NCBI GenBank assembly: GCA_963664305.2
Contig: CAXXLV010000002.1
Coordinates: 480,001-544,000, forward strand
Direction: 5' to 3'
From: an uncultured Aliarcobacter sp.
Lineage (GTDB): Bacteria > Campylobacterota > Campylobacteria > Campylobacterales > Arcobacteraceae
Length of the DNA: 64,000 nucleotides
The position numbers and the translations under genes were made by a program. The notes beneath the pieces were generated by a model that was not told the DNA's origin, did not search any database, and saw nothing but the letters and a program-made list of their open reading frames with translations. This document shows positions 41,130-50,337 of the stretch, in pieces. Position 1 is the first letter of the stretch. Each line of letters begins with the position of its first letter.

Positions 41130-42224
41130 TTATATATGTTTTTGAAAATGATTTAAGATTTTTGTCATAAGTTCTATTCTTGAAATAAAACTACTTTTTA
41201 ATGCTCTTTCATTTATTGTATGGTCTCCATCACCAAATGGTCCAAAACCATCAAGTGTTGTTACACCACAACTAGCAACAATATTTGCATCACTAACTCC
41301 ACCTCTTTTTTCTTTTGAAATTTTTGTGTTTGTGATGTTTTCTAACTCTTTTATAAATTTCAGTTGTTTGTCATTTTCAGCCATAACATCTCTTTGAATT
41401 CCTCCACTAAGGGTTGATTTTGAACCTTTTACATAAGAAGTATTTACTATCTTTTCTAATGAGTCTAATACTCTTTGTTTTTCTTCATTTGATGTATATC
41501 TGATTTCTAAAAGTAGTTCACATTTTGGAGAGATTGTATTTGCGCCAATTCCTCCATTTATTTTTCCAACATTAACTGTAGTTTGACGTTCTAGGTTTGT
41601 TAGTTTTACCAATTCTTGCAGTTTGAAACTAGCTTCCAAGTTTGCATCAATTCCTTTATCATAGTGATTCCCTGCGTGACTAGCTAATCCTTCTATTGTA
41701 ATAGTAAAAGTTCCTACACCTTTTCTTTGAGTTACAACTTCAAGATTAATTCCAGCTGCTTCAAAAACAAAACAATAATCATAATTTGTGGCAATTGATG
41801 AAGTTAATTCTTTTGAATCATCACTTCCAGTTTCTTCATCAGAAACCAAAAGAAAATCAATGTTAAATACTTCAGCATTTTGATTGAAAATATTTCTAAG
41901 AGCTTGTAAAGCAACAATATTTCCACCTTTCATATCGCAAACTCCAGGTCCATAAACCCAAAATTCATCTTCTTTAAATCCTTCAAAACTATTTGGAGGA
42001 AAAACTGTGTCATTGTGTCCTAAAAGTAAGATTTTATTGCCAGATTTTTTTTCGGAGGAAAAGAGTAGGTGATTACCAATGTTTTCTCTTGTATAAATAG
42101 AAGTATTAAATCCAAGAGGTTCAATCCAACTTGTCATTTTTTGTCCAACTAAATCAACGCCTGATTTGTTTTTTGTGTAAGAGTTTATATTTACGATTGT
42201 TTCTAAATCTTTTAAGTAATCCAT
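41130..42224 (-). CDS. M20 metallopeptidase, glutamate carboxypeptidase (CPG2)-like
   Basis: Motifs GHNDTVF, GPGVCDMKGG, SDEETGS, FEAA, ASHAG, GGVSDAN and GDHTINE. No signal peptide. Confidence 0.9.
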   Translation of the reverse strand: MDYLKDLETIVNINSYTKNKSGVDLVGQKMTSWIEPLGFNTSIYTRENIGNHLLFSSEKKSGNKILLLGHNDTVFPPNSFEGFKEDEFWVYGPGVCDMKGGNIVALQALRNIFNQNAEVFNIDFLLVSDEETGSDDSKELTSSIATNYDYCFVFEAAGINLEVVTQRKGVGTFTITIEGLASHAGNHYDKGIDANLEASFKLQELVKLTNLERQTTVNVGKINGGIGANTISPKCELLLEIRYTSNEEKQRVLDSLEKIVNTSYVKGSKSTLSGGIQRDVMAENDKQLKFIKELENITNTKISKEKRGGVSDANIVASCGVTTLDGFGPFGDGDHTINERALKSSFISRIELMTKILNHFQKHI

Positions 42225-42249
42225 ACTTTCCTCACTGATAAGATGGATT

Positions 42250-42283
42250 ATTCTAATGTTGAAAAATTACAGTTGAGTGACAG
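42250..42283 (-). promoter_or_regulatory. PhoB/OmpR-type direct-repeat box plus -10 element upstream of the ATP-grasp operon
   Basis: Minus strand CTGTCAC-TCAA-CTGTAAT (42283-42266), a 10-nt spacer, then TAGAAT (42255-42250). Confidence 0.6.
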
Positions 42284-42329
42284 TTACAAATTGGTTATGA
42301 AAAAAGAAATAGTGAGAAAAAAGTAGTGT

Positions 42330-42357
42330 AGCTAAAGTGGAAATTCCACTTTTAGCT
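42330..42357 (-). terminator. argG terminator hairpin
   Basis: AGCTAAAGTGGAA-A-TTCCACTTTTAGCT immediately after the argG stop. Confidence 0.65.
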
Positions 42358-43598
42358 TATTTTCTGTTTGGATTGCTTCCAGCGATGATAAATCTTAAAG
42401 CATTTAATCTAATAAATCCTTCTGCATCTTTTTGATTATAAACTTCATCTTTTTCAAATGTTGAGTAAGCATCATTATATAAAGACATTTGAGAATCTCT
42501 TCCAACAACTGTTACGTTACCTTTGTATAATTTGATTTTAACTGTACCTTCAACATTTTTTTGAGTTGCATCAATAGCAGCTTGAAGCATTTCTCTTTCA
42601 GGTGAGAACCAGTATCCTTGGTAAATTAACTTAGCATATCTTGGCATTAACTCATCTTTTAAGTGAGCAGCTTCTCTATCTAAACAAATAGATTCGATTG
42701 CTCTGTGAGCTTTTAACATGATAGTTCCACCTGGAGTTTCATAACAACCTCTAGCTTTCATACCAACATATCTATTTTCAACGATATCAACTCTTCCAAT
42801 ACCGTGTTTGTTTCCTAATTCATTTAATTTAGCAAGTAATGTAGCTGGTGACATTTCAACACCATCAATAGCAACTGGGTCACCATTTTTATATGTTAAT
42901 GTTAAATATTCAGGTGCATCTGGTGCTTTTTCAGGAGCAGTTGTCCATAACCACATAGATTCTTCTGGCTCATTTGCTGGATTTTCTAAATGTAAACCTT
43001 CATAAGAGATATGTAAAAGGTTAGCATCCATAGAATAAGGACTTGCTTTTGGATTTCCATTCTCATCAACGTGTTTTTTAGAGATTTCAATTCCATTTTT
43101 TCTTGCATATTCAAGTAAACTTTCTCTTGAATTTAAGTCCCATTCTCTCCAAGGAGCAATAACTTTGATATCAGGTCTAAGTGCAAGGGCTCCTAATTCA
43201 AATCTAACTTGGTCATTTCCTTTTCCTGTAGCTCCATGTGAAACTGCATCAGCTCCAGTTTCATTTGCAATATCAATTAATTTTTTTGCAATTAATGGTC
43301 TAGCAATAGAAGTTCCTAATAAATATTCACCTTCATAAATTGCATTTGCTCTAAACATAGGGAAAACGTAATCTTTAACAAATTCTTCTTTAATATCTAA
43401 AATATAAACATTTTCAGGTTTGATACCACAAGCAATTGCTTTAACTCTTGCTGGTTCAACTTCTTCACCTTGTCCTAAATCAGCTGTAAAAGTAACAACT
43501 TCAGCTTTGTATTCATCTTGAAGCCATTTTAAAATAATAGAAGTATCAAGACCTCCACTATAAGCTAAAACTACTTTTTTAACATCTTTTTTACTCAT
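42357..43598 (-). CDS. argG: Argininosuccinate synthase
   Basis: Motifs [35 protein letters not shown] and [11 protein letters not shown]. Confidence 0.98.
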   Translation of the reverse strand: MSKKDVKKVVLAYSGGLDTSIILKWLQDEYKAEVVTFTADLGQGEEVEPARVKAIACGIKPENVYILDIKEEFVKDYVFPMFRANAIYEGEYLLGTSIARPLIAKKLIDIANETGADAVSHGATGKGNDQVRFELGALALRPDIKVIAPWREWDLNSRESLLEYARKNGIEISKKHVDENGNPKASPYSMDANLLHISYEGLHLENPANEPEESMWLWTTAPEKAPDAPEYLTLTYKNGDPVAIDGVEMSPATLLAKLNELGNKHGIGRVDIVENRYVGMKARGCYETPGGTIMLKAHRAIESICLDREAAHLKDELMPRYAKLIYQGYWFSPEREMLQAAIDATQKNVEGTVKIKLYKGNVTVVGRDSQMSLYNDAYSTFEKDEVYNQKDAEGFIRLNALRFIIAGSNPNRK

Positions 43599-43736
43599 AA
43601 ATCTATCCTATGGTTACATTATTTTAAGGCACACATTTTATCGAAAATTAGTTGTAATTCAACTAAAGTTACAAAATAGTTCTTTACTTTGTAGTCTAAT
43701 TGTAATTTATAAAAGGCTCATTTAGTTAATTTTAGT

Positions 43737-43742
43737 TATAAT
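43737..43742 (+). promoter_or_regulatory. -10 box, candidate leaderless promoter of the S4-trpD-tsaE-lptB operon
   Basis: TATAAT lies 7 nt before the ATG at 43750, with no SD. Confidence 0.55.
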
Positions 43743-43749
43743 CAATACT

Positions 43750-43998
43750 ATGAGAATCGATAAATTTTTAAATGCAGTAAATATTACTAAACGAAGAGCA
43801 GTTGCTGAAGATATGTTAGAGCATAAAGTTGTATTTATAAACGACCAAGCTGTAAAAAAAGCAAAAGAAGTAAAAGTTGGAGATATTATAGAAATTAAAT
43901 ATCTTGAGAAGAGTGAGAAATTTAAGGTATTACAAATTCCAGTTACAAAATCAACACCTAAATCAAAAATAGATGAATATGTGCAAAGGATAGACTAA
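43750..43998 (+). CDS. S4-domain RNA-binding protein (YabO/RqcP/Hsp15-like)
   Basis: Sequence MRIDKFL...KRRAVA...V.IN...K..KEVKVGD. Confidence 0.9.
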   Translation: MRIDKFLNAVNITKRRAVAEDMLEHKVVFINDQAVKKAKEVKVGDIIEIKYLEKSEKFKVLQIPVTKSTPKSKIDEYVQRID

Positions 43999-44981
43999 TG
44001 TTTAATACAACAAAATTAAAATTTGATGATATTTTTGAAAATAGATTAAGTCAAGAGGAAATTCGTGAATATCTATTGGAGCTTTATGAAAGAGGTGAAA
44101 CAGCTTCTGAAATAGCAGGTGCAGCAAGCGCAATGAGAGATCATCTTATACCACTTCCAATTCACGAAGATTTAAGAGCAAAAGCAATTGACATTGTAGG
44201 AACAGGTGGAGATAAAAGTTATAGTTTTAATATCTCAAGTACAGTTTCAATTTTATTAGCAGCTTGTGGATGTTATGTAGCAAAACATGGAAATAGAAGT
44301 GTTACAAGTAAAAGTGGTAGTGCAGATATGCTTGAAGCTTTAGGAATAAATTTAAATCTAAGTTTAGAAAATACAGCAAAAATGTTAGAAGAAACAGGTT
44401 TTGGTTTTATGTTTGCTGCAAATCATCATCCAGCAATGAAATATATTACACCTGTTAGAAAATCAATTCCACACAGAACAATTATGAATATTTTAGGACC
44501 TTTATGTAATCCAGCAGGTGTTACAAAGCAAGTAATTGGTGTTTTTGATAAAGATTATATAAATAGAATTGCTACGGCTCTTGATTTACTTGATAGTAAA
44601 AGAGCTATGATTTTATCGTCAAATGATGGAATGGATGAAATATCAATTTCTGATATTACTTATGCAACATTATTAATCAATGGAAAAATTACTGATATTG
44701 AAATTAATCCTGAAGAATATGGTTTACCAATGGCTTCAAAAGAAGATATTATTGGAGAAGGACCAGAGTTTAATGCAAAACTAACAAAAGATATTCTATC
44801 TAAAAAAATTGTTGGTGCAAAACTTGATATTGTTTTAATAAATGCAGCAGCAGCTTTAATCGTTGATGAAAAAGCTAGAGATTTCAAAGAAGGAATTGAG
44901 ATGGCAAGATGGGCTATCATAAGTGGTGCTGCACAAGAAAAGTTAGAACAAATTATTAAAGTATCTCAACAATTAAGTTAG
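43998..44981 (+). CDS. trpD: Anthranilate phosphoribosyltransferase
   Basis: Motifs DIVGTGGD, FNISS, AKHGNRSVTSKSGSAD, NILGPLCNP and DGMDEI. Confidence 0.96.
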   Translation: MFNTTKLKFDDIFENRLSQEEIREYLLELYERGETASEIAGAASAMRDHLIPLPIHEDLRAKAIDIVGTGGDKSYSFNISSTVSILLAACGCYVAKHGNRSVTSKSGSADMLEALGINLNLSLENTAKMLEETGFGFMFAANHHPAMKYITPVRKSIPHRTIMNILGPLCNPAGVTKQVIGVFDKDYINRIATALDLLDSKRAMILSSNDGMDEISISDITYATLLINGKITDIEINPEEYGLPMASKEDIIGEGPEFNAKLTKDILSKKIVGAKLDIVLINAAAALIVDEKARDFKEGIEMARWAIISGAAQEKLEQIIKVSQQLS

Positions 44982-44988
44982 GTTTATT

Positions 44989-45405
44989 TTGATAAAAGAG
45001 TTTGAATTAGAATTAACTAACTTAGATGTTTTAGTTAAAGAGTTAAAAAATATTATTGGAAATGAAGATAGTATTATTATATTAAGAGGTGACTTAGCAA
45101 GTGGGAAAACAACTCTTGTTAAAAATTATGTAAAATCTTTAGGATTAAATGATTTAGTTACTTCTCCTACTTTTTCATTGCAAGCAATATATTCAGAAAA
45201 AGTTTTTCATTATGACGTTTATAATAAAACTTTACAAGAATTTATCTCTCTTGGTATGTTAGAAGAGTTTGAAAAAGAGGGTATCCACTTTGTAGAGTGG
45301 GGTGATGAAAAACTAGAAGAAATACTAAAAGATTACGGATATAGAGTAATTTTAGTTGAAATTGAAAAAAAAGATAATAGAAGGTTGTATAAAATAAATG
45401 CATAA
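44989..45405 (+). CDS. tsaE: t6A37 tRNA modification ATPase
   Basis: Motifs GDLASGKTT, VTSPTF, HYDVY and VEWG. Confidence 0.93.
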   Translation: MIKEFELELTNLDVLVKELKNIIGNEDSIIILRGDLASGKTTLVKNYVKSLGLNDLVTSPTFSLQAIYSEKVFHYDVYNKTLQEFISLGMLEEFEKEGIHFVEWGDEKLEEILKDYGYRVILVEIEKKDNRRLYKINA

Positions 45406-46120
45406 ATTAGAAGTAAAAGATATTACAAAAACAATCAAAAAAACACAAATCTTACATGGTATTTCTCTTGAAGTTAACTCTGGGGAAATAGTTGGTTTAT
45501 TAGGACCAAATGGAGCAGGGAAAACAACAACTTTTTATACAGTATGTGGATTAGTAAAACCAACTAGTGGAAATGTTTATTTTGATGATAAAGATATTAC
45601 AGCTTTACCTTTACATAAAAGAGCAATAAAGGGAATAGGTTATTTACCTCAAGAATCTTCTATTTTTAAAGATTTATCAGTTGAAGACAATTTAATGCTT
45701 GCTGCTGAAATCATCACAAAAGATAAAGATGAACAACAAAAAAGAGTTGAAGAGTTACTTGAATTGTTTAATATTGAGCCAATAAGACAAAGGAAAGGTG
45801 TTTCTTTATCAGGAGGTGAGAGAAGAAGAACTGAAATAGCAAGAGCCTTAATCTCTCATCCAAAATTTTTACTTCTTGATGAACCTTTTGCTGGAGTTGA
45901 TCCAATTGCTGTTAAAGATATTCAAGAGATTATTCATCAATTAACAAAAATAAATATTGGTGTTTTAATAACAGACCATAATGTAAGAGAAACTTTAGAG
46001 ATATGTGATAGAGCTTATGTTATGAAAGCAGGTGCATTGTTATCTAGTGGAACAAGTGATGATATTAAAAATGATCCAAAAGTAAGAGAACATTATTTAG
46101 GTGAAGATTTTAATTTTTAA
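45398..46120 (+). CDS. lptB: LPS export ABC ATPase
   Basis: Motifs GPNGAGKTT, GYLPQESSIF, LSGGERRR, LDEPFAGVDP and TDHNVRETL. Confidence 0.96.
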   Translation: MHKLEVKDITKTIKKTQILHGISLEVNSGEIVGLLGPNGAGKTTTFYTVCGLVKPTSGNVYFDDKDITALPLHKRAIKGIGYLPQESSIFKDLSVEDNLMLAAEIITKDKDEQQKRVEELLELFNIEPIRQRKGVSLSGGERRRTEIARALISHPKFLLLDEPFAGVDPIAVKDIQEIIHQLTKINIGVLITDHNVRETLEICDRAYVMKAGALLSSGTSDDIKNDPKVREHYLGEDFNF

Positions 46121-46125
46121 ATAAA

Positions 46126-46152
46126 ATAGTAATAGTTTTAAGCTATTACTAT
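46126..46152. terminator. Hairpin at the lptB / diguanylate cyclase convergent junction
   Basis: ATAGTAATAG-TTTTAAG-CTATTACTAT. Confidence 0.6.
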
Positions 46153-47454
46153 ATTTTTCCCACTATTTTTTGCAAGATAAAGTGACTTATCAGTTTTAGA
46201 GATTAATGAAGATTCCTCATCATTTTCAAGCATTTGACTTACTCCAAAACTTGCTGTTATTTGTAAATTTTTACTTGTTAAAGGTTTATTTGCGATAGTC
46301 GTTCTAATTTTTTCAGCAACAGCTTTTGCTCCTTCTAAAGGAGTTTGAGGAAGTAAAATTAAAAACTCTTCTCCTCCCCATCTAACACAAATATCAGGTT
46401 CTCTAACATTATCTAGAAGTATTTTTGCTATTTCAATTAAAACTTCATCTCCAACTTGGTGACCATAAGTGTCATTTACATTTTTAAAATCATCAATATC
46501 AAAAAGTATTATTGATAAATTATTACCATATCTTTTTGCTCTTTTTATCTCTTTAGAATATAGTTCATCAAATCTATTTCTATTAAATAAACCAGTTAAT
46601 TTATCATGGCTTGCTTGATATTCAAGTAAGTTTGATTTTTCTTTTAATTTTGTAATATCAGTTAAAGAAAATACATAGTAGTTATCTTTATTTTCATAAT
46701 AATCAACATTAATAGCAAAGATTTTTTCTTCATTTGAAGAGTTTTTGATTTTTACTATTCTATCAATTTCATGTAAATCTTTTATATATTGAATCCATGA
46801 TGCTTGTTTATTGATTTGTTCTTTACTAATAAATCCAAACTCTTCTTGAAAAAAATCAAAAATATTTTTTCCACTAGAAGTAAAATCATTAAAATCTTTG
46901 ATTTCAAAAAAGTCAAGAAATTTTTTATTTACATTTGTGATATTTTCATTATGTGTAACGATAATAATATTATCTTGAGCATCTAAGATAGATTTTATTT
47001 TACTTACTTCTTGTTCGATTTTACTCTCTAAAGATAGATTTAACTCTATTAGTTTTCTTTTTAATAAAATAGGTTCCATAGCTTTTATGATACTTTCTAT
47101 TAATTGGTATAAATCAATAGGTTTCATAGCATAAGTATTAACACCAACTTGAATAGCTTTTCTTAAAAAACTTGTATCATTATGAGCACTAGTTATTACA
47201 AGAGGCATTTCATTGTTTATTTTTCTAATTTGTTCACACATATCTAAGCCATTCATTTTTGGCATATTAATATCTGAAATAATTAAATCTATATCATTTT
47301 GATTTTCTTTATATAACTCTAATCCTTCTAAACCATTTTGAGCTACATAGACTTTTTTTAGTAATGAACTTAATAATTTTGAAGTAAATTCTCTTACATC
47401 GTTTTCATCTTCAACATATAAAACGGAAATGTCTTTTAAAATTTCTTTGTTCAT
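46138..47454 (-). CDS. REC-PAS-GGDEF diguanylate cyclase
   Basis: Intact receiver (VEDE, SDINMP, MKP), DIDDFKNVNDTYGH, I-site REPD and RWGGEEF. Confidence 0.93.
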   Translation of the reverse strand: MNKEILKDISVLYVEDENDVREFTSKLLSSLLKKVYVAQNGLEGLELYKENQNDIDLIISDINMPKMNGLDMCEQIRKINNEMPLVITSAHNDTSFLRKAIQVGVNTYAMKPIDLYQLIESIIKAMEPILLKRKLIELNLSLESKIEQEVSKIKSILDAQDNIIIVTHNENITNVNKKFLDFFEIKDFNDFTSSGKNIFDFFQEEFGFISKEQINKQASWIQYIKDLHEIDRIVKIKNSSNEEKIFAINVDYYENKDNYYVFSLTDITKLKEKSNLLEYQASHDKLTGLFNRNRFDELYSKEIKRAKRYGNNLSIILFDIDDFKNVNDTYGHQVGDEVLIEIAKILLDNVREPDICVRWGGEEFLILLPQTPLEGAKAVAEKIRTTIANKPLTSKNLQITASFGVSQMLENDEESSLISKTDKSLYLAKNSGKNIVIA

Positions 47455-49424
47455 TTTTCTTTCTCTTTAAATTCAATAAGATTAGGTTCTGCAATTGGAG
47501 CTGAAAAATAATACCCTTGGGAATAATCAGCTCCAAGATTTTTAACAATATTAAAAATCTCTTCATTTTCAACATATTCGGCAATTGTTTTCAAATTTAA
47601 ATTTTTGGCAAATTCTATTATAGTTTTTGTTATCTTATAAGAGTTCTCATTTTTAGCAATATTTTTTATCAATGAAGCATCAATTTTTAAATAATCAACA
47701 TTCATTTTTAATAAATGCTCAAAATTTGAATATCCACTACCAAAATCATCAATTGCAACTTTACAACCTAAATTTTTAATTTCATCAATAAACGATATTA
47801 ATAAATTGTAATTTTTAATATTCTCATCTTCTAAAATTTCAAAAACAACTCTATTTTTAACATCATATTTCTTTAACATTTCTTTTATGAAATCTAAAAA
47901 TGAACTATTTTCAATATCTTCATAAGAAATATTAACTGAAAACTCAAAAGGTAAATTCTCAAATTTTTTGAATGATTTTTCTATTACAATTTTTGTCAAT
48001 TTTGTATATTGATTTGACCTTTTTGAAATATCTAAAAAGAAATATGGATTTACAACTTTTCCATCTTCATCAATAAGTCTTACTAAACATTCATATTTAT
48101 CAACATTTAAAGTTTCATTATTAACTAAAGGTTGAAAATATACTTCAATATTATCATTTACAAAAGCAGATTTTAGTTTTTTAGTCCAAAACATATTATT
48201 TTCATATTCTTGAAATTTATCAAGTTCATCATAAAAAATCAAATAATCTTTATGGTCTTTTTTTGCAGTTTGTAAAGCAATATCAGCTGTGATTAGTTTA
48301 TTGTTTTTATCTGAAAATGAAATTCCAGCTGTCATTCTAATATCAATTTCATAATGTTCAAAAATAAATACATTTTTATAAATTGTTTCAATAATTTCAT
48401 TTATTAAATCAACAAATTCATCTCTTGATTCTTCTGTATTTACTACACAATAAGTATCAGAAGGAAATTTATAAAGTTTCAAATTTTTATGGTTGTGTAT
48501 TTTTTTTGAAATAAGTTTTGCAACATCAATTAAGATAGAATCTCCAACTTTATGTCCAAAAAAATCATTAACTTCTTTAAAAGAGTTAATATTCAATAAT
48601 GAAACAGCTTTTAAATTTAGTCCATTATTTTGTAAATCTTCTATTAATTTAGCTCTGTTTGGGAATTTTGTTAAATTGTCTGTATAAAGAAGTTTATAAA
48701 GTTCATGTTTATGTTCTACTTCATGACTTATATCATTTAATATAATTATATTTGTGTCATTATGAGATAAATGAATTTTTTGAATAGAAAAAAATCTTTT
48801 TTTATTTCCAGTTTTTATACATACTTTTAAATTTTTTTCTTTTAATCTACTAGAAGAAATTTTTTCCATGTCTGTAACACAGCCTTCTTCTTTTTCAAAA
48901 ACATCTTTAACAGTTTTGTATTTATCATTTAACTCTTCAAGTGAATAACAATTTGTAAGCTCATAAAAATGGTCATTTGCAAATATAATATGTTCTTTAT
49001 CAACAGAAAAAATTGGATTATTAATATTGTTAATTATTGAATTAGAGAAATCTTCTTCATTTTTTAATAAAATATGATTTTTTATATTGTTAGTAAAATA
49101 TTCTATTTTTGAAACTAATTTATTAAAATCAAGAGGTTCATATAAAATATCTAATTTTCTCGAATTAGATATTTTTGCTAAATCAGAATTATCATTTATG
49201 ATAAAAATAATATAAGGGTCGTTTTTTAAATATTTTTCAATGATATTATAATATTCAATAGAATCTATATGAACAATAAGTACATCAACAAATTCTATTT
49301 CATTAATCATATCTTCAAAATTTGGAAATAATGAGATGTTCACATTTCTAATTTTTTTTGAAGAGTAATCTTTAAAATCATTAAATTTTAAAAAATTATC
49401 TATGATGAAAACATCATAATGCAT
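47451..49424 (-). CDS. PAS / degenerate GGDEF / EAL phosphodiesterase
   Basis: GGDEF replaced by PSDTY. EAL-domain motifs FQP, ECLVRL, SVN, FEILE, DDFGSGYS, KID, AEYVE and QGYYF. Confidence 0.9.
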   Translation of the reverse strand: MHYDVFIIDNFLKFNDFKDYSSKKIRNVNISLFPNFEDMINEIEFVDVLIVHIDSIEYYNIIEKYLKNDPYIIFIINDNSDLAKISNSRKLDILYEPLDFNKLVSKIEYFTNNIKNHILLKNEEDFSNSIINNINNPIFSVDKEHIIFANDHFYELTNCYSLEELNDKYKTVKDVFEKEEGCVTDMEKISSSRLKEKNLKVCIKTGNKKRFFSIQKIHLSHNDTNIIILNDISHEVEHKHELYKLLYTDNLTKFPNRAKLIEDLQNNGLNLKAVSLLNINSFKEVNDFFGHKVGDSILIDVAKLISKKIHNHKNLKLYKFPSDTYCVVNTEESRDEFVDLINEIIETIYKNVFIFEHYEIDIRMTAGISFSDKNNKLITADIALQTAKKDHKDYLIFYDELDKFQEYENNMFWTKKLKSAFVNDNIEVYFQPLVNNETLNVDKYECLVRLIDEDGKVVNPYFFLDISKRSNQYTKLTKIVIEKSFKKFENLPFEFSVNISYEDIENSSFLDFIKEMLKKYDVKNRVVFEILEDENIKNYNLLISFIDEIKNLGCKVAIDDFGSGYSNFEHLLKMNVDYLKIDASLIKNIAKNENSYKITKTIIEFAKNLNLKTIAEYVENEEIFNIVKNLGADYSQGYYFSAPIAEPNLIEFKEKEK

Positions 49425-49526
49425 AGATTCACCCTTATATTTTTTTGTTTATATACATAAGTCTTCCATAAAAGTGCTTTAATATTACTTTATTTATAAG
49501 ATTAAGTTATAAAGCACTTTTGATAA

Positions 49527-50252
49527 TTATTTTTTAAAGATTTCTATAGCTCTGTTTAAATCTTCTTGTGTATCAATACCAAATGATTTAGAAACAACCT
49601 TAACCATCGCGATTTTGAAACCATTATCAATAGCTCTTAATTGTTCTAATTTTTCTATATTTTCTAGTTTTGAAGGAGAAAGTTTACAAAAAGCGTTTAA
49701 AGATTTTTTAGTAAAACCATAAATTCCTAAATGTCCACTATATGTTGAAACTTCATGATGATCTCTATGATATGGAATTTTTGCTCTTGAAAAATATATT
49801 GCATTTGAGTGTTCATCTAAAATTACTTTTACATGATTTGGATCATCAGCTAATTCTGAACTTATTTCTTTGAAACAAGATGTAATCATAATATCTTCAT
49901 CATTTTCTTTTATTTTTTTTACTCTATTTATTACAGATTGTACAACATCAGGTTCTATAAAAGGTTCATCTGCTTGAACATTTACAATAATTTCATCATC
50001 ACTTAAATTTAAAATATTAACAGCTTCATTTATTCTATCTGTTCCACTTTGATGTGATGAAGAAGTCATTACAGCATCAAATCCATACTCTTTAGCTAAA
50101 TCTACAACTTCTTGAGAATCTGTTGCAATTACTACTTTATCTAAACTACTTACTTGTTTAGCAGTTCTAATTACCATCGGTAATCCTAAAATATCAACCA
50201 TTATTTTATTTGCAAATCTACTAGAATTTAATCTTGCAGGTATAATTATCAT
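49527..50252 (-). CDS. kdsB: CMP-Kdo synthetase
   Basis: Motifs IPARLNSSRF..K, HQSGTDR, NVQADEP, YFSRA and EKLEQLR. Confidence 0.96.
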   Translation of the reverse strand: MIIIPARLNSSRFANKIMVDILGLPMVIRTAKQVSSLDKVVIATDSQEVVDLAKEYGFDAVMTSSSHQSGTDRINEAVNILNLSDDEIIVNVQADEPFIEPDVVQSVINRVKKIKENDEDIMITSCFKEISSELADDPNHVKVILDEHSNAIYFSRAKIPYHRDHHEVSTYSGHLGIYGFTKKSLNAFCKLSPSKLENIEKLEQLRAIDNGFKIAMVKVVSKSFGIDTQEDLNRAIEIFKK

Positions 50253-50337
50253 TTACATTCCTTTTGTTATAAAACCTTGTTTTTAGTGACATTATTATAA
50301 TATAAAAACTTTAAACAAGTAAACAAAAGAGATTTAT

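Noticed and set aside
40189..43598. argG next to ATP-grasp genes as a cyanophycin locus
   Set aside because: There is no Mur-ligase domain and no cyanophycinase. A terminator and a separate promoter lie between them, and argG sits in its conserved context.
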